From Promethearchaeota archaeon (GTDB taxonomy: Archaea > Asgardarchaeota > Lokiarchaeia > Sigyniarchaeales > SOKP01), in assembly GCA_018238625.1 (NCBI GenBank), contig JABCSY010000043.1, forward strand, positions 1 through 24,000: DNA of 24,000 nucleotides, given 5' to 3'. A program made the translations under genes and the position numbers. Below, one piece after another: positions 1-9,076 of this stretch (position 1 is the first letter of the stretch; each line of letters begins with the position of its first letter). The notes under the pieces were generated by a model that worked only from the letters and a program-made list of their open reading frames with translations, did not search any database and was not told the DNA's origin.

Positions 1-1
1 T

Positions 2-454
2 TTTCTGGAAATTCTCTCAAGAGGTGCCTCACTAACATCTGCGCATCAAGCGGCATTAAATTTTAAGGAAATCGTCAAATCTTACTCGGAAGCAAGTTCT
101 ATATCAACTTTTAGGCACGGTGGTATCGAATGCTTAAAAGAGAGTACTAAACTCGTAATTCTTTCGTCCGATAAAGAGAATTTCGCATTCAACACTCAAT
201 TCATAGATAAATTAGTTAACAAATGGGCTTGTGGAAAAATTCTGCACATCACAAATCAAGAATTTGACGAGAAAGCAAAGAAAATACACGACAATCCAAA
301 GATTATAACTTATAAGCATAAAATAATGGACCCTCATTTAGCACCGATAATGGAAATAATAATTCTTCAATTACTGTTTTACAAGATGGCAGAAAAAAAC
401 GGAATTGAACCAGGTAAGTTTTTATATTCACAGAAAATAACTAACGACATATAA
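2..454 (+). CDS. SIS-domain phosphosugar isomerase/aminotransferase-like protein, C-terminal part (5'-truncated by the window edge)
   Basis: Frame 2 is open from the window start to TAA at 452-454. Translation FLEILSRGASLTSAHQAALNFKEIVKSYSEASSISTFRHGG resembles the GlmS/AgaS-type SIS motif (RG..Y..A.E.ALK.KE....AEA.....RHG). Not in the supplied ORF track because it lacks a start. Confidence 0.7.
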   Translation, partial: FLEILSRGASLTSAHQAALNFKEIVKSYSEASSISTFRHGGIECLKESTKLVILSSDKENFAFNTQFIDKLVNKWACGKILHITNQEFDEKAKKIHDNPKIITYKHKIMDPHLAPIMEIIILQLLFYKMAEKNGIEPGKFLYSQKITNDI

Positions 455-520
455 CAATATTAAGATATTAAGAAAAATTCTTCTTATTAAGTTTAAAATT
501 CAATTCAATTGTTGGAAAAG

Positions 521-1783
521 ATGGAAACAACTGCTACGGGACAATCATTTAGAAGCTATATATATTTTTGGTCGGGTCAATTATTTTCGTTGTTAGGATC
601 ATCTATAGTTCAAATTGTACTAATATATTGGATTTATTTTGAAACTAAAAGCTTGACGATAGTATCACTAGCCTCTTTTTTTTCTTTTCTGCCAATATTT
701 ATTCTCGGACCTCTTGCTGGCGTATTTGCCGATAGATGGAATCGAAAACTTTTAATTGGGGTTTCTGATTTTTGTCAAGCGCTTACTACTTTAAGTTTAA
801 TTCTTTTATTTTTCTTTAATATTCATGAAATATGGTTGATAATTTTAATTAATAGTATTAGAAGTGTATTTCAAGCATTTCATTGGCCAGTTGTAAACGC
901 AATAATTCCCTTAATGATACCAAAGAAACATTTAAGCAGAATGAATGGTATTAATTATTTCTTTACCGGTTTAGTCAATACAATGGGCCCAATTATTGCT
1001 GGCATTTTGTTGATATTATTTCCAATTGATCAAATATTATGGGTTGATGTTCTTACTTTTTTGATCGCTATAACCCCTCTATTGTTGATAAAAATACCCC
1101 CTATACTAAAGAAACATCTTCCTAAGCATGAAAGATCATATTTTAGGGAATTGAAAGTAGGGTTTAAAGCTATAAAAATTGTTCCGGGGCTCCTAACATT
1201 GCTTTTTGTAGCAACCATTTTAAATTTTTTAGGAAACCCTTTTAACACTTTAATGATACCTTATGTTAGTGGGACTCATTCTGGGAGCGTGGAAAACCTA
1301 TCTATTGTTCTAGCATCAATTCAAGCTGGGATGTTTGTTGGAGCAATAATTGTAATTATTAAAAAGGTTTGGAATAAAAAACCCTTAATTATTTTTACTG
1401 GGATTTTAATAGGCGAGATCGGACATTTAATATTAGCCTTGGCACCTCCAGGCAATTTTCTTATGATTAGTATTGGTGGCTTTATGTTTGCGTTTATTGT
1501 TCCTTTTGTTAACACCATGTTTTTAACTATTCTACAAACCGTCATACCTCCAGATCAACAAGGACGAGTTATGTCTAATGTTATTACTATAGTTACTTTA
1601 GTATCTCCGATAGCAATGCTAATATCAGGGCCGATAGCAGAACTGATTGGTATTAGGACCCTTTTTAGTATAAGCGCTGTACTAAACTTTATTTTTATAA
1701 TATTTGTTTGGATTTTTTCGAATATTAGGAATAATGATTATGATAGAGTATATGAATTTGAATTGGATGAAAATATTAATTAA
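521..1783 (+). CDS. Major facilitator superfamily (MFS) transporter
   Basis: About 12 hydrophobic segments and the MFS loop motif GVFADRWNRKLLIG. The ORF-track start at 509 is TTG; an in-frame ATG lies at 521. Confidence 0.85.
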   Translation: METTATGQSFRSYIYFWSGQLFSLLGSSIVQIVLIYWIYFETKSLTIVSLASFFSFLPIFILGPLAGVFADRWNRKLLIGVSDFCQALTTLSLILLFFFNIHEIWLIILINSIRSVFQAFHWPVVNAIIPLMIPKKHLSRMNGINYFFTGLVNTMGPIIAGILLILFPIDQILWVDVLTFLIAITPLLLIKIPPILKKHLPKHERSYFRELKVGFKAIKIVPGLLTLLFVATILNFLGNPFNTLMIPYVSGTHSGSVENLSIVLASIQAGMFVGAIIVIIKKVWNKKPLIIFTGILIGEIGHLILALAPPGNFLMISIGGFMFAFIVPFVNTMFLTILQTVIPPDQQGRVMSNVITIVTLVSPIAMLISGPIAELIGIRTLFSISAVLNFIFIIFVWIFSNIRNNDYDRVYEFELDENIN

Positions 1784-1852
1784 CAAAATAGTTTTTAAAA
1801 AAGAGCTTTTTAATTATTCTATACATCCCATTAAAACTTTATATTAAAAAAA

Positions 1853-2989
1853 ATGACGAAAGCAATAATTTTATCGGGTGGTTGGGGGACGCGATTAAGA
1901 CCCCTAACGTGTACTATACCCAAAACATTAATTCCAATCGTGAATAAACCAGTTATGGAGCGACAGATACTCTTATTAAAAGCAGCTGGAGTTAAAGAAA
2001 TAGTTTTAGCTGTAAGTGTGATGGACGATATTGTTAGAAGCTACTTCAAGGAAGGAAGAAAGTTAGGAATAAAAATCCATTATACGGGCGAAAAACATCC
2101 AATGGGGACTGCGGGAGCCATTAAATTAGCAGAATCTTACCTCGAAAACGACAACTTCTTCATGCTAAATGGAGATGTAATTCTAAATTATGACTTTAGC
2201 GATATGCTTAAATTTCACGAAAATTGTAAAGGTATTGGTACAATAGCCGGTAAAACCGTAGAGGACCCCTCAAGATATGGCGTATTGATAGTAAATAATG
2301 AAACGCAACAACTACTAAAATTTCTTGAAAAGGACGAATACACTCCTCCAGACGGCAAATATGTTCCTATGCCTATTAACGCAGGCGTATATATCCTAGA
2401 ACCTGAAATATTCTCCTTTATCGAACCAAACAAAAAGGTGTCTATTGAAAGAGACGTATTTCCTAAAGTTGCCGATAAAAACATGCTCTATCATTACCCT
2501 ATAAGTGGGATATGGAGCGATGTAGGTAAACCCTCCGATTTATTGCAAGGAAACATTCTATTAATGAACGATTTAATAAAAAATCAGGAAGGAAACGTAA
2601 GAAATTTAATAGAACCTTCTACAGACATCCACCCAAGTGTGAAGATTTATCCTCCTTGCACAATTGGTGAAAGCGTTGTAATTCGAGAGAATTGTAAAGT
2701 TGGTCCAAATGTAATAATTGGCGAGGATGTATTTATAAATAACCATTCCGAACTTAAGGAATGTCTAATCTATAACAAGGCACATATCTCAAGTAATGTT
2801 CAAATCGAAAAAGCTATTATCGCTGATAATTGTAATATCCAAGAAAATGTAAAATTAAAAGGTAATAACGAAAATTTAATAATTTTAGCCTCATATGTGC
2901 AGGTTATGAAAAACCTCGAATTAATTGCCCCCAAAACAATCTCATTAACGGTATGTCATCACGAAGTAGTAAAAGAAAGTATAAAGTAA
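1853..2989 (+). CDS. Nucleotidyltransferase / GDP-mannose pyrophosphorylase-like (sugar-phosphate nucleotidylyltransferase with left-handed beta-helix C-terminus)
   Basis: N-terminal AIILSGGWGTRLRPLTCTIPKTLIPIVNKP signature; MLNGDVILNYD metal-site region; hexapeptide-like C-terminus (IGESVVIRENCKVGPNVIIGEDVFI). Confidence 0.9.
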   Translation: MTKAIILSGGWGTRLRPLTCTIPKTLIPIVNKPVMERQILLLKAAGVKEIVLAVSVMDDIVRSYFKEGRKLGIKIHYTGEKHPMGTAGAIKLAESYLENDNFFMLNGDVILNYDFSDMLKFHENCKGIGTIAGKTVEDPSRYGVLIVNNETQQLLKFLEKDEYTPPDGKYVPMPINAGVYILEPEIFSFIEPNKKVSIERDVFPKVADKNMLYHYPISGIWSDVGKPSDLLQGNILLMNDLIKNQEGNVRNLIEPSTDIHPSVKIYPPCTIGESVVIRENCKVGPNVIIGEDVFINNHSELKECLIYNKAHISSNVQIEKAIIADNCNIQENVKLKGNNENLIILASYVQVMKNLELIAPKTISLTVCHHEVVKESIK

Positions 2990-2991
2990 AA

Positions 2992-3813
2992 ATGAGCGAC
3001 CAATTAACACCTGAAGAAATTTATTTCAAAGTACTTAATAACGAGGTAGGAAAGAAGGACGCCTTAAAGCTTTTCGAATCGTTAATAAATAAAAGTGATA
3101 ACGATGACATTAGATATTCAAGCTTAGAATATATCGGTAAATTATCGATTGAAGACGAACTAACCTTTAACATAATTGAAAATTGCCTAATTTCTGACGA
3201 ATCTACTCTAGTTAGATTTGAAGCAGCTAAAGTATTGATCCAGAACTTTCCAACACGGGAACATGAGCCTTTAATATGGGCGATCCAAAACGAAAAATCT
3301 ATTTATTTCTTTAAAAAACTATTAGATTTATTTGAAACAGAAGAGTATCATCAATTTGAAGAAATTCGAGAAAAAGCGTTAAAAAAGATTAGAACTTATT
3401 ATAATTTAAACTCAACAGACTCAAAATTTGTTCTCGATATCGATTATTTAGATTATATGAAATTTAGGAACGAATTAAAGAGTTTTTTACAAAAGTTTGA
3501 GTTATCAGACGAAGCTAAACAAGTATTAATTAAAGAAAATACCGAAATAGGGTATAAAGGACTAGGTCGCGTTAAAGCTACCAAAAAAGGCTTCATAATA
3601 AGTTTGTCTCTCAAAGACCTTAAAGAAATTCCATCGTCGATTTGTAAGCTATCAAAATTAGAATCCTTGGAAATATCTTATTGTAAACTAGAAAAATATC
3701 CAGACCCTTGCCCAAATCTTTTGTCACTTAAGAAGTTAGTTTTCAGCAACAATCAGTTAGACGATTTACCCAGCTGGGTTATAGAGGTTGCAAAGAAAAA
3801 TAAGAGTGTGTAA
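2992..3813 (+). CDS. HEAT-like repeat plus leucine-rich repeat protein
   Basis: N-terminal alpha-helical repeats (DIRYSSLEYIGKLSIEDELTF / TLVRFEAAKVLIQNF) and C-terminal LRRs (LPSSICKLSKLESLEISYCKLEKYPD..LLSLKKLVFSNNQLDDLP). The ORF-track start at 2953 overlaps the upstream gene; ATG at 2992 is more likely. Confidence 0.6.
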   Translation: MSDQLTPEEIYFKVLNNEVGKKDALKLFESLINKSDNDDIRYSSLEYIGKLSIEDELTFNIIENCLISDESTLVRFEAAKVLIQNFPTREHEPLIWAIQNEKSIYFFKKLLDLFETEEYHQFEEIREKALKKIRTYYNLNSTDSKFVLDIDYLDYMKFRNELKSFLQKFELSDEAKQVLIKENTEIGYKGLGRVKATKKGFIISLSLKDLKEIPSSICKLSKLESLEISYCKLEKYPDPCPNLLSLKKLVFSNNQLDDLPSWVIEVAKKNKSV

Positions 3814-3814
3814 A

Positions 3815-4075
3815 ATGGAAGATTTGAAGGAAAAAGGTTTAAAAATATATAACGCAATGTTTCAAGGAGAAAAATATGTCGAAATTGACGAGATTCAATA
3901 CACTATAAAGAAATTTTCAAACGGAATTAAATATATGGATTTATTTGGGTATCGCTTTATAGAACAAAATCACAGAAAAAAATCAGAATGGGGGAAGAAA
4001 GCTCGAGAAGGACACAAAATCATGTGGATAATTAAAGGAAGGAGATACATCTCCCAAATACTAGATGGAGAATAA
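3815..4075 (+). CDS. Hypothetical small protein
   Basis: Open frame directly after the LRR gene; ATG at 3815 (MEDLKEKGLKIYNAMFQG) is preferred to the overlapping 3788 start. Confidence 0.5.
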   Translation: MEDLKEKGLKIYNAMFQGEKYVEIDEIQYTIKKFSNGIKYMDLFGYRFIEQNHRKKSEWGKKAREGHKIMWIIKGRRYISQILDGE

Positions 4076-4456
4076 ACCGATTTAAAGAAAAAATCGGTGT
4101 AAAACTATTTGATTTTATGAAAAAATCCTCATAATCTACATATAAACTTATACAATTTCAAAATTACTTCATTTAATCTTTTAACTGACCTTAAACTCTT
4201 CAGAGTTGCATCCAAAATTATTCTTTCGAGTTAAATTCAGAAAAAAAGAAGAATAGATCAAAATCTGAAGATATAAATCGTTTTAAAAATGGGACTGCTT
4301 TCCCATTTAATGTTTTAGCATGTTATAGAATCACATTAGTTAGTATTACTCAGAATTCTGAACCCACAAAGACTGGACTCCAGATTATTTTTAATTGTAT
4401 ATTGCTATTTTGTAATTGTAAGAAAATAAAAATAACTTAAAATGGAGAATTGAAAC

Positions 4457-4648
4457 GTGATGAATGAATTAGTAGAAAGTAATGTTGAATATTATGAATT
4501 TTTGAGCGTCATTCACGAAATATCGAAAAAATCGCAATCTATACAGAAAGATTTAATAAAGAAAGTCTATCAGAATTACGATTTGGGGCTATATCGAATA
4601 AAATTAGAGAAAGAAATAGCAGAGCTCGATAAATTAATAATTAAGTAG
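4457..4648 (+). CDS. Hypothetical 63-aa protein, predicted helical/coiled coil
   Basis: Open frame from ATG with charged heptad-like C-terminus; no recognised family. Confidence 0.4.
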   Translation: MMNELVESNVEYYEFLSVIHEISKKSQSIQKDLIKKVYQNYDLGLYRIKLEKEIAELDKLIIK

Positions 4649-4677
4649 AATACCTACTTATCTTTTAATTCTTTTTT

Positions 4678-5277
4678 TTATATTATGTTTAATTTTTCTG
4701 CAATTAATTCCAAATACGATTTTCTAATTGATTCTTCCTTCTTAATTCCAAATTTCTCTAAAAATTGAAAAAGAATCTTTTTACTATTCTCTATATCTTC
4801 ATACGATTCGGTCATTAATTCAACTTCTACGAAATGTCGCTTTAAAATAGGTAAATAATCGATTAAAGCTTCGATTTTCGCGTCTTTAAACAAAAATTCA
4901 TATAATTCTCTTTCTTTAACGACGGTAAAAACTTCTCGAAATCCTAATAGTTTAAGAAGATTTTTCATATCTTCAATTTCATTTATTTTTACTTCGATCT
5001 CTTCTCTTGTTTTGGTTGTTTTATCAATTTTCTTCCCTTTATAGGTTATAAAATAATTGATTTTTTGAGCTATCGCTTTATCATCCCTATTAAATTCAAT
5101 GGATTTTCTTAACCTTAATGCTTCGTCAGTCTGTTTAAAATCCCTTAAACCCTTAGGCATATTAAAGTAAGTATCTTCATGATGTAAGGAAATTTTGTAA
5201 ACCCCTTTGTTCTCTTCAAATCTCTTCCTCACTTGATTAGGATCAGAAATTTTAACTTTAATTTCGACTTCAATCAT
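4678..5277 (-). CDS. CYTH-domain protein (CyaB / class IV adenylate cyclase-thiamine triphosphatase superfamily)
   Basis: MIEVEIKVKI (ExExK motif), LRLRK, ITYKGKK, TREEIEVKI, VVKERELYEF, IEALIDYLP..KRHFVEVEL match the CYTH tunnel strands. Confidence 0.85.
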   Translation of the reverse strand: MIEVEIKVKISDPNQVRKRFEENKGVYKISLHHEDTYFNMPKGLRDFKQTDEALRLRKSIEFNRDDKAIAQKINYFITYKGKKIDKTTKTREEIEVKINEIEDMKNLLKLLGFREVFTVVKERELYEFLFKDAKIEALIDYLPILKRHFVEVELMTESYEDIENSKKILFQFLEKFGIKKEESIRKSYLELIAEKLNII

Positions 5278-5422
5278 AATGCTACTCTATTCTATATTAA
5301 TAACAAATATAATAAATTAATTTTTATTAAGTAATAATAGTTTCACTTAGAGTTGATATTTAATTTCTCAGAACGTTAGAACTGCTCATAAACTCGCGGA
5401 AGAATACGGATATCTCCCTTAT

Positions 5423-6331
5423 ATGCTTGAAAGATATGTTCAATTCTTAGGATTAGATGAAACATTAAAATTATTAAAGGCAAATGAGCAGCCATTAATA
5501 CCTTCAATACGTGTTAATACTCTTAAAATATCTATATTAGAATTAAAAAAACGGCTAGAGAAGAAAGGAAATGAGTTAAAACCAATTGAATGGGTTCCTT
5601 ATGGGTTCAATGTTGTTAAAGAAAGTTTTAATTTAGGCTCTTCTCACGAATTTCTACAAGGTTATTACTATTTACAAAATATCGCTTCAATGCTTTCAGC
5701 TATTATTCTCGATCCTAAGCCTAATGATGTTGTAATTGATATGTGTGCAGCTCCAGGAAGTAAATCAACACACTTAGCTCAACTAATGGTAAATAAAGGG
5801 ACGCTCATTTTAGTTGAAAAGAATTTAAATCGAATTCCCGCTTTAGAAGTCAACCTAAGAAGAATGGGAATTAATAATTCAATTGTACTTAATATGGATG
5901 CTATTAATTTATCAAACACAAATGTTAAAGGAGATAAAATTCTATTAGATGCTCCATGTACTGGGGAAGGGTTAATAAGACAAGACCCAAGTAGGAAAAA
6001 AAGTAAAAGAATGAAAGATATTGAAAAAATGGCTTCAATTCAAAAGAGGTTATTAACTACCGGGTTGAAAGCATTAAATTCAGGCGGGATGCTTTTATAT
6101 TGTACTTGTTCTATTGCTCCTGAAGAAAATGAGCTAGTTGTTGATGAAGTATTGAACAAATCTAATAATTTTAAAATCGTTGAAATTTCCAAAAATTATG
6201 GCGTGAAAGGATTAACTAAAGTTTTTGGAGTTAACTTATCAGAAGATTTAAAGTTTTCACAGCGCTTGTATCCTCACCTACATAATACTATTGGCTTCTA
6301 TTATTGTCTTATAAAAAAAGAAGATTCATAA
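5423..6331 (+). CDS. RsmB/NOP2/Sun-family RNA (cytosine-5-)-methyltransferase
   Basis: VIDMCAAPGSKSTHLAQLM (SAM motif I), LLDAPCTGEGLIRQDP (motif IV), LLYCTCSIAPEENE (motif VI with catalytic TCS). Reading frame probably extends upstream (see findings). Confidence 0.9.
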   Translation: MLERYVQFLGLDETLKLLKANEQPLIPSIRVNTLKISILELKKRLEKKGNELKPIEWVPYGFNVVKESFNLGSSHEFLQGYYYLQNIASMLSAIILDPKPNDVVIDMCAAPGSKSTHLAQLMVNKGTLILVEKNLNRIPALEVNLRRMGINNSIVLNMDAINLSNTNVKGDKILLDAPCTGEGLIRQDPSRKKSKRMKDIEKMASIQKRLLTTGLKALNSGGMLLYCTCSIAPEENELVVDEVLNKSNNFKIVEISKNYGVKGLTKVFGVNLSEDLKFSQRLYPHLHNTIGFYYCLIKKEDS

Positions 6332-6427
6332 ATTTGGAATTTGGGAATTTCGGTCTATATAGATTTATATGATAAAATAAATTACTTGTAAATCATAAGT
6401 TGCATTTTTAATGGAATCCTCCTTGTT

Positions 6428-7477
6428 ATGTTGAATCTTCTTAGTAGGTACCTTAAGAAAAATTATAATGCACTTGAAAAAATTAATATTTTAGTTTTAG
6501 TTCTACAAAATAACCAGAGGATTGAAATAATCAATAAAAGAAGCTATCAATTTTTTAGGCTTTCAAAAAAGTTAAGACCTATTTCTATTTTTTTTGTTTT
6601 CAACGATAGTTTTTATCTATATTTATTAAGAAGCAATCTTTATAAATTTCTTAACAGAAGTATAAAAGATACCGACTTTAGGAAATTAATAAAACTTGAA
6701 ATTCTGAAAGCCCCTGAATTTCAAGAATACGGTGTAATTTTTAATCTTATAATAAAATTAGTTATCTCTATTATGGAAACCAAGATCTTATCTAAGTCTA
6801 TTGGTTTAGAGCATCCTAATGTGAAGAAAGTTATAGAAATAGCTGAGGAGATTATGAGTAAAAATAAAGTCTTAAACATAGAAACTCTCTATAACGTGGC
6901 AAAAAAAAGCTTGAAATTGCCCCGAAACGGGCTCTTATTTATAATACAATTATTAATAAATAAAAAAATTTTAATTGAAGGTTCAAAGTTTTCAAGGGAA
7001 ACAGTTCTTGTAAATCCTACTAGAAGAGGGCTTTACAATTACATTAGCGCGAACCCCGGCGCACACTTCTCTATTTTAAGAAAGAGAGCGCTTTCTATGG
7101 GATCGGAGAGTTCAGGCCAATTAGTATGGCACTTAGAGATGTTATTAAATTTTAATTATATCTATAAAATTAAAGTAGGAAATTACACAGTGTTTCTTCC
7201 CATTGAGATGGAAGTCGATTTAGGAATAATCAATTTTTTACTAAGAGATAAGATAAATAGGAAAATTGTAGACTTATTAAGAACACAAAGATCAATTAAA
7301 AATTCAGAAATCTTTAAATTTTTAGATGAAAAACGAGAACAAGTTAATTATCGACTAAAAACTTTAATTAATTACGATTTAATTTGCTTTAAAGAAGATC
7401 TGAGTAAAGAAGTCTATTTAAATCCAGATAAACAAGAGGATGTAATTAATATATTAAATAATATCAAAATAGGTTGA
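6428..7477 (+). CDS. Winged-helix-type DNA-binding regulator-like protein (two wHTH segments predicted)
   Basis: TRRGLYNYISANPGAHFSILRKRAL.. SGQLVWHLEMLLNFNYIYKIKVGNYTVFLP followed by a second wHTH-like unit ending VNYRLKTLINYDLICFKED. Confidence 0.6.
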   Translation: MLNLLSRYLKKNYNALEKINILVLVLQNNQRIEIINKRSYQFFRLSKKLRPISIFFVFNDSFYLYLLRSNLYKFLNRSIKDTDFRKLIKLEILKAPEFQEYGVIFNLIIKLVISIMETKILSKSIGLEHPNVKKVIEIAEEIMSKNKVLNIETLYNVAKKSLKLPRNGLLFIIQLLINKKILIEGSKFSRETVLVNPTRRGLYNYISANPGAHFSILRKRALSMGSESSGQLVWHLEMLLNFNYIYKIKVGNYTVFLPIEMEVDLGIINFLLRDKINRKIVDLLRTQRSIKNSEIFKFLDEKREQVNYRLKTLINYDLICFKEDLSKEVYLNPDKQEDVINILNNIKIG

Positions 7478-7516
7478 TATAAAAAATAATTAAAATTAAG
7501 TAAATGGAATAAGAAA

Positions 7517-8833
7517 ATGGTATTAAATTGGACACCTGAAGTAATCGTTGAAATTTTCACGAGTACAGTTATTCTAGTCGCTATTCTATTGATGTATGTC
7601 ACACCGAGAACTAAGAAAATAAAATCTTTATCTTATATTAGATTAGCTCTTTTTTTTATGGGCATGCTCTTTACCTTAGACTTGTTGGCAAATCTTTTTT
7701 TGATCACATTACTTTCTCGGATTTCTGGTCTTATGCTATTTCCTAGTGCAGTGTTTTTTGCGATTGGGATCAATTATACGATAAAAGAAACATCTAATTC
7801 ACCTTTCTTAATTATAGTAGTTGGTTTAGGTGTTTTATTTTGTTATCTTGCTTTTCAACCTGGAGCTGTCGGATTTGAATTAGTGGGAGGGCATCTAAAT
7901 TTAAATTGGACTGGATTGTATGAATTGATGGGTTCAATTTTTATATTCTTCGTTGGTAGTGCGTCGTTTTATTGGGGTTTAAAAACCTGGTTGAATGCTC
8001 CATTTTTGATAAAAAGAGAAGCTCTTATATTTTTTATGGGTACTGTAATAAATGGGCCATTAACTCTAGTTATATACCTTTTTTACTATTGGAATCCAAT
8101 TTTTATTCTATTTGCTTACGCTACTACAGGTTTAGGAATCTTAATTTTTTGTATAGGTGTAATAAAAGAGCCTAAACTCCTTTATATTCTACCATTTACA
8201 GTTAATAGGCTTGTTGTAAGAGATCGAGAAGGAAACCCTTTATTCGACCACGATTGGGCTCTTTCTAGCTTAAGTGAATCAATTTTTCCGGGATTTCTAA
8301 ATGCTGTGCAACTTATGAGCGAAGAAGTTATAAATTTGGGGGGGCTATTGGACATTAAATTAGAAGAAGGTATCTTTACATTATATGAATCTGAATTAAT
8401 CTCAGTTGGTTTAGTCGCATCTAAGTACTCTATATTATTACGAGAGTGTGTTGTACAATTTACTCGAGATTTCGAGCAAAAATTCGAACGAGAATTGAAA
8501 AGACAGGTTAAGGATGTGGTCCAATACGAAGGAGCATTTGAATTGATTGAAAAATATTTTTCTAATTTTCCTTATAAAAATATTAAAAGTAAAAAACAAC
8601 CATTATTATTAGCTGGAAAATTTGCGAAAGTACCATTAGAGATAGAGAATAAGCTAAGCAATATTTTTACGGATGAAAAAGAGTATCAAGCAATAAAAAC
8701 TGAACTACTAAAATCACCTATTGGACTTACTTCGGCGTTCTTTACTCTCTATAATGATTTATTAGATGAAACTAAGCGAATTTCTGAAGAAGAATCCCTA
8801 CTTTTGAATGATAATAACGATTTGGATAAATGA
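7517..8833 (+). CDS. Multi-pass membrane protein with cytosolic longin/roadblock-like C-terminal domain (fold tentative)
   Basis: Several N-terminal hydrophobic helices, then VVRDREGNPLFDHDW...GFLNAVQLMSEEV..GGLLDIKLEEGIFTLYESELISVGLVASKYS...FTRDFEQKF, a pattern reminiscent of small longin/roadblock-type domains. Confidence 0.5.
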   Translation: MVLNWTPEVIVEIFTSTVILVAILLMYVTPRTKKIKSLSYIRLALFFMGMLFTLDLLANLFLITLLSRISGLMLFPSAVFFAIGINYTIKETSNSPFLIIVVGLGVLFCYLAFQPGAVGFELVGGHLNLNWTGLYELMGSIFIFFVGSASFYWGLKTWLNAPFLIKREALIFFMGTVINGPLTLVIYLFYYWNPIFILFAYATTGLGILIFCIGVIKEPKLLYILPFTVNRLVVRDREGNPLFDHDWALSSLSESIFPGFLNAVQLMSEEVINLGGLLDIKLEEGIFTLYESELISVGLVASKYSILLRECVVQFTRDFEQKFERELKRQVKDVVQYEGAFELIEKYFSNFPYKNIKSKKQPLLLAGKFAKVPLEIENKLSNIFTDEKEYQAIKTELLKSPIGLTSAFFTLYNDLLDETKRISEEESLLLNDNNDLDK

Positions 8834-8924
8834 ATTTACCCCGTTTCACCTCTTTTACTCAATTTTTCTATTTTAAGGTTTAATGAATGATTGAATTATT
8901 TTTTAGAAATTCAGTCCTAATAGA

Positions 8925-8934
8925 TTTATATATG
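8925..8934 (+). promoter_or_regulatory. Putative archaeal TATA box (TTTATATATG) for the candidate ncRNA
   Basis: Centre about 27 nt upstream of the first paired base (8957) of the predicted structured RNA. It sits in an intergenic region between convergent genes, where no CDS needs a promoter. Confidence 0.45.
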
Positions 8935-8956
8935 CAAAAAAAGTAAATCATAGTGT

Positions 8957-9035
8957 GTGAATCTTCTTCAAAGGAAGAGATATTGAAGCGAAATTCAATG
9001 TTGAATTAATTTAAGAGGTTAATATAACGATTCAC
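8957..9035 (+). ncRNA. Candidate structured small RNA (cloverleaf-like four-way junction), family unknown
   Basis: Contiguous helices by hand: P1 GTGAATC(8957-8963)/GATTCAC(9029-9035); P2 TTCTTC(8964-8969)/GAAGAG(8974-8979), loop AAAG; P3 ATATTGAA(8980-8987)/TTCAATGT(8994-9001), loop GCGAAA; P4 ATTAAT(9005-9010)/GTTAAT(9018-9023). T-rich 3' flank. Confidence 0.4.
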
Positions 9036-9076
9036 TTTTCAGTTTTATTTTTCTTTTTTCAGAAGAAGTTATCAAA

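Noticed and set aside
1030-1545. Two minus-strand ORFs (72 and 74 aa) inside the MFS gene
   Set aside because: Antisense shadows of a well-supported transporter, with no family signature.
8957-9035. Calling the intergenic structured element a normal tRNA
   Set aside because: Acceptor-like 7-bp stem and cloverleaf-like shape are present, but there is no TTCRANN T-loop, no GG in the D-loop equivalent and no 7-nt anticodon loop.
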